Shown here: positions 59,514 to 64,000 of the stretch, piece after piece
How positions within the stretch are numbered: position 1 is the stretch's first letter
How the letters are laid out: each line of letters begins with the position of its first letter
NCBI GenBank assembly: GCA_002269645.1
Contig: NIVC01001840.1
Coordinates: 1-64,000, forward strand
Direction of reading: 5' to 3'
Source: Macrostomum lignano
Lineage: Eukaryota
DNA length: 64,000 nucleotides
Translations under genes and position numbers: made by a program
The notes under the pieces: generated by a model
The model's database searches: none
Told to the model about the DNA's origin: nothing
Seen by the model: the letters and a program-made list of their open reading frames with translations, nothing else

Positions 59514-60352
59514 GCTCCGAGCTGCACCATCAGGTGTCGGGCGTCTCCGCCACAGACGCCTGCGGACTCGCCCGCCGTCACGGCTTCTCAACGAAATCGT
59601 CGCCTTTCCTTCGCCTTCCAATACCGAACGCGACTAACAGCGCTAACAGAGGCTTCGTTAAAGGCTACTATCGACTATGTCGATGCGTCGACAGCGGCGG
59701 CACCGTCTGCCTGCCAGCTACAGTGGAATCCCGCGTCAACGACCACACAGACGATGATCAACCCGTCAGAGCCCCCAAGCCGTCAGCCTCGGTCTCGCCG
59801 CCCGGCCTCTATCTGGGCCTCGGCTTCTCCCCATGGCAACCGTTGCCAAGCGGCGACAGCTCCGACTACGAATGGGCTCGGGCTATCAGCCAGTTGCTAG
59901 GGAGAACCACAACACCTGAGGCGGCTAGCGATTGCCCGCTGGTTACCGAGGCCAGTGGCGATGACGGCGTGCTGCTGAGGCTGGAGCTGCCGGCTCTCTC
60001 GGCCATAGACAGCTCGCAACCGACCGACTCCGAGCTCAGAGAGCGCCGATTGCACTTTTGTTTGCGCCAGCTGCGCCTAGTCGCTCTGCTGGTTGCTAGG
60101 CAACTGCCCGAGGTGAGGCTGGAGCCCCGCCTGGCCAAGCTTCGGTCCGCCCTCATCACCTACGTTAAGCCGCCGCCGCCTCCGCCACCGCCGCCGTCGA
60201 CATCGCGCTTCGATCGAGGAGGCTTTGACTCGAGCAGACTCGGGCAGCGGGGAGGAACTGCGAGCGGAGGTGGCACAGTCAACGGCTGCGGCTTCTGCTT
60301 TGCCGTGGCAACTGTTCACCTGTTTGTTGTTGCTAGGGCAATGGTTGCTTAG
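59514..60352 (+). CDS. Gfrl: GFRa-like exon 7 (terminal): RECK-like Cys module and C-terminal domain, Pro/Gly linker, probable GPI-anchor signal
   Basis: Acceptor CCCTGCCTACTCCCCAG|, phase 1. Open to TAG at 60350-60352, ending SGGGTVNGCGFCFAVATVHLFVVARAMVA (small-residue site followed by a hydrophobic tail with no cytoplasmic part). Confidence 0.85.
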
Positions 60353-60696
60353 CAACAACCGGTTCTTACTTGGTTGCTATGGCAATAGTAGCTTAGCAAC
60401 AACCGGTTCTTACTTGGTTGCTATGGCAATAGTGGCTTAGCCACAACCAGTTTTACTTTGTTGCTATGGCAATTGTTTGCGTAGCAACAACCGGCTCCTA
60501 TTTTGTTGCTATGGTAATGGCTGCTTAGCAACAACCTGCTTTTACTTTGTTTATATGTCAATAGCTAGTTGTTTTATCGTCACGTATTGTTGAAATTGTT
60601 GCCGCTGCGTGAAAACTTTATAAAAACAGACTCGTTGCTATGCCAACGGTTGCTCAAACAAAACAGTAAATTAAAAGTAGCTGTTTCTATGGCAAC
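60092..60696. promoter_or_regulatory. Homotypic cluster of RFX X-box-like motifs
   Basis: GTTGCTAGGCAAC 60092, TTTGCCGTGGCAAC 60299, GTTGCTAGGGCAAT 60329, GTTGCTTAGCAAC 60344, GTTGCTATGGCAAT 60373/60417/60460, GTTGCTATGGTAAT 60505, GTTGCTATGCCAAC 60634 and GTTTCTATGGCAAC 60683, against the consensus GTTGCCATGGCAAC. Confidence 0.6.
60340..60545. repeat. 44-bp repeat, ~5 copies, overlapping the stop codon (GCTTAGCAACAACCGGTTCTTACTTGGTTGCTATGGCAATAGTA)
   Basis: Period 44 measured (60347 to 60391). Confidence 0.9.
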
Positions 60697-61011
60697 AGTT
60701 TGTATTTAGCAAGTACTTTTTGTTGGTATAGCAACGGTGATCTCTATACAACAAATAAGACTAGTGTAAGGTGCTATAGCATGTTTAGCTCGTTAATTTC
60801 ATGCATAATTAATTATTACAAGACGAATAATTAGTTCGGAAAAAGTTTTGTTAAAAAGTAATGACTTTTTAATGATACTGCTTTCCGATATGATTGCTTC
60901 TAGCAATCAATTATTTTAGCGCTTCTGATTCCGAGCTAAGCGATTTGTTTTCAAAATTCTATTTTTTAATGTAGTCTCCGCTGCTCCTAAAAGTACAGTC
61001 GCTTTTCAATG

Positions 61012-61033
61012 ATGAGTCATAGGGGAGGGGCGG
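61012..61033 (+). promoter_or_regulatory. AP-1 site and GC box, candidate promoter
   Basis: ATGAGTCAT (61012-61020) is immediately followed by GGGGAGGGGCGG (61022-61033). A strong donor C|GTGAGT lies at 61184. Confidence 0.3.
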
Positions 61034-61544
61034 CCGCAGTCTCCATCCGCTTGATCGAGTCTTTCAATCGCTTTGCACTTATGAAATCAGTTAAACTTGC
61101 CTCCTTCACTTTCCAATGCAAACTGCTCTACAATGCAAAACAATAGCTGCTAATATTCTCATCAACTACTTTCAGCCTACCGCGTGAGTTTCTACGCTAT
61201 TTTTTTCTAAAAACAAACCTGTCATTGACTCGAATGTTGTAATTTTTCATTTCTAAGAAAGTGTGCAATCATTAGTTTTGTTATTAATTTGCTCATTGTT
61301 TGGCTAATCAAACTGTCTATTTTTAGCTGTTTAAATGCGCCCATTATGCAATCAAGATTATCCTGTCACTTGAGTGTAAATTTTAAATTGAAGCAATCAA
61401 AACCCAGCTGAATAAAGTGTATTACAGCCTGCATTGCTAGCGTTTAGATGAGATTACTGCTCACTGTTAAATTGCTGCTTCTTACTTGACTTGCTTGCTA
61501 ATGGAATCCTTCTTTTATTGGAGAAAATTTGACAGTCAGGGTCT

Positions 61545-62452
61545 AACAGGTGACACTGTCTAACAGGTGACACTGTCTAACAGGTGACACTGTCGAATAG
61601 GTGACACTCACTATCTAACAGGTGACACACACTGTCTAGCAGGTGACACACACTGACTAACAGGTGACACGGTCGAACAGGTAACACACACTGTCTAACA
61701 GGTGACACTGTCGAATAGGTGACACTCACTATCTAACAGGTGACACACACTGTCTAGCAGGTGACACACACTGACTAACAGGTGACACGGTCGAACAGGT
61801 AACACACACTGTCTAACAGGTGACACTGTCGAATAGGTGACACTCACTATCTAACAGGTGACACACACTGTCTAGCAGGTGACACACACTGACTAACAGG
61901 TGACACGGTCGAACAGGTAACACACACTGACTAACAGGTGACACGGTCGAACAGGTAACACACACTGTCTAACAGGTGACACGGTCGAACAGGTAACACA
62001 CACTGTCTAACAGGTGACACACACACTGTCTAACAGGTGACACACACTGTCTAACAGGTGACACACACTGTCTAACAGGTGACACACACTGTCTAACAGG
62101 TGACACACACTGTCTAACAGGTGACACACACTGTCTAACAGGTGACACATACTGTCTAACAGGTGACACTGTCGAACAGGTGACACTCACGAACAGGTGA
62201 CACTCACTATCTAACAGGTGACACACACTGTCTAGCAGGTGACACACGCTGTCTAACAGTTGACACGGTCGAACAGGTAACACACACTGTCGAACAGGTG
62301 ACACTCACTGTCTAACAGGTGACACTATCTAACAGGTGAAACACACTATCTAACAGGTGACACACACTGCCTAACAGGTGACACACACTGTCTAACAGGT
62401 GACACACACTGTCTAACAGGTGACACATACTGTCTAACAGGTGACACTGTCC
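61545..62452. repeat. ~21-bp minisatellite (GTGACACACACTGTCTAACAG) with a 118-bp higher-order repeat at its left end
   Basis: GTCGAATAGG recurs at 61592, 61710 and 61828. Confidence 0.97.
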
Positions 62453-62814
62453 AACAAAATGACAAGCTCTCTTATTCCAGTTTTTAAGTTGAAATTCAAT
62501 AATTCCCGAAAACGAGGCTGCGTGTCCCGTCAGACAAAATCCGAAGTTGCCCTTGGCAAGCATATTTACATGCTTCTTTCCTGCCTTACCTGTCAATCAA
62601 CTAAAAGTTAATAAGACTTCAGGAGTTATCTCCGTGACTTGATGCCCACCGAAATCTTTTTAATCGCTTAAAAACGGAAACGTCAAAAAAAGTTGTTCTA
62701 TTTTCTTTTAAATGAATCTGAAAAAAGCTACTCGTATGTTCCAGGTTCCGTGTTAGTTTGGTTTCTTCTGAGGTCTATAGTTAGTGCCATTATTCATGTT
62801 TTACACTAAAAAAC

Positions 62815-64000
62815 TGTTATTAGTGCCATTATTAGCATCCACAGTGCCATTATGAACATCGATAGTGCCATTATCGATATGGATAGTGCCATTATTAGCA
62901 TGGATAGTGCAATTATCAACATGGATAGTTTCATTATCAGCATGAATGGTGCCAATAATCGCATCGATAGTGCCATTATCAGCATGAATAGTGGCCATTA
63001 TCAGCATCGATAGTGCTATTATCAGCATCGATAGTGCCATTATCAGCATCGATAGTGCCATTATCAGCATCGATAGTGCCATTATCAGCATGAATAGTGG
63101 CCATTATCAGCATCGATAGTGCCATTATCAGCATCGATAGTGCCATTATCAGCATCGATAGTGCCATTATCAGCATCGATAGTGCCATTATCAGCATGAA
63201 TAGTGGCCATTATCAGCATCGATAGTGCTATTATCAGCATCGATAGTGCCATTATCAGCATCGATAGTGCCATTATCAGCATCGATAGTGCCATTATCAG
63301 CATCGATAGTGCCATTATCAGCATGAATAGTGGCCATTATCAGCATCGATAGTGCTATTATCAGCATCGATAGTGCCATTATCAGCATCGATAGTGCCAT
63401 TATCAGCATCGATAGTGCCATTATCAGCATGAATAGTGGCCATTATCAGCATCGATAGTGCCATTATCAGCATCGATAGTGCCATTATCAGCATCGATAG
63501 TGCCATTATCAGCATCGATAGTGCCATTATCAGCATCGATAGTGCCATTATCAGCATCGATAGTGCCATTATCAGCATCGATAGTGCCATTATCAGCATC
63601 GATAGTGCCATTATCAGCATGAATAGTGGCCATTATCAGCATCGATAGTGCTATTATCAGCATCGATAGTGCCATTATCAGCATCGATAGTGGCCATTAT
63701 CAGCATCGATAGTGCCATTATCAGCATGAATAGTGGCCATTATCAGCATCGATAGTGCTATTATCAGCATCGATAGTGCCATTATCAGCATCGATAGTGC
63801 CATTATCAGCATCGATAGTGCCATTATCAGCATCGATAGTGCCATTATCAGCATCGATAGTGCCATTATCAGCATCGATAGTGCCATTATCAGCATCGAT
63901 AGTGCCATTATCAGCATCGATAGTGCCATTATCAGCATCGATAGTGCCATTATCAGCATCGATAGTGCCATTATTAGCATCTTTAGTGCCATTATTAACA
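62815..64000. repeat. 21-bp minisatellite (GATAGTGCCATTATCAGCATC) punctuated by a 22-bp variant; degraded at both ends, runs to the window end
   Basis: 7-aa period; the GAATAGTGGCC variant appears every 3-9 units. Confidence 0.98.

Noticed and set aside
26915-64000. Repeat-protein ORFs at 27.1-27.9, 28.5-30.1, 31.4-32.7, 35.0-35.8, 37.8-38.6, 40.2-41.1, 42.3-42.8, 53.0-54.3, 56.6-58.0 (-), 59.1-59.5 (-) and 62.0-64.0 kb
   Set aside because: They are open in several frames and on both strands because the units lack stops. They have no splice or start context, and several lie in introns.

Overview
Eukaryotic (metazoan) genomic DNA with spliceosomal introns and about 30 minisatellite arrays; no prokaryotic features. 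The GC-rich, CAG/Gln-rich exons and a different 15-50 bp minisatellite in almost every intron suggest the flatworm Macrostomum lignano or a relative (inference, not verified). Two genes can be built by hand, both on the + strand. (1) A two-exon C2H2 zinc-finger gene (4429-7864 + 13978-14453, ~1303 aa) whose last four fingers resemble the ZFP91/ZNF692/ZNF653/ZNF276 family. (2) A ~24-kb, 7-exon gene (36296?-60352, ~815 aa if the speculative first exon is right) for a GDNF-family-receptor-alpha-like protein: signal peptide, four 10-Cys GFRa domains, a RECK-like C-terminal region and a probable GPI signal, with all introns in phase 1. Most of this gene is invisible in the ORF track. Mobile DNA includes three mariner relics (one a long-TIR deletion derivative), a hAT-type MITE with an internal satellite, a P/Galileo-type foldback, an older foldback and tRNA-derived SINEs. 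The most unusual signals are: minisatellites that abut or contain splice sites and the stop codon; arrays made of RFX X-box, AP-1 and E-box motifs; a dispersed 42-bp family; a shared CTAGA core in many unrelated arrays; and an inverted SINE pair bracketing the signal-peptide exon. Most long ORFs in the track are translations of tandem repeats. Array boundaries are approximate.
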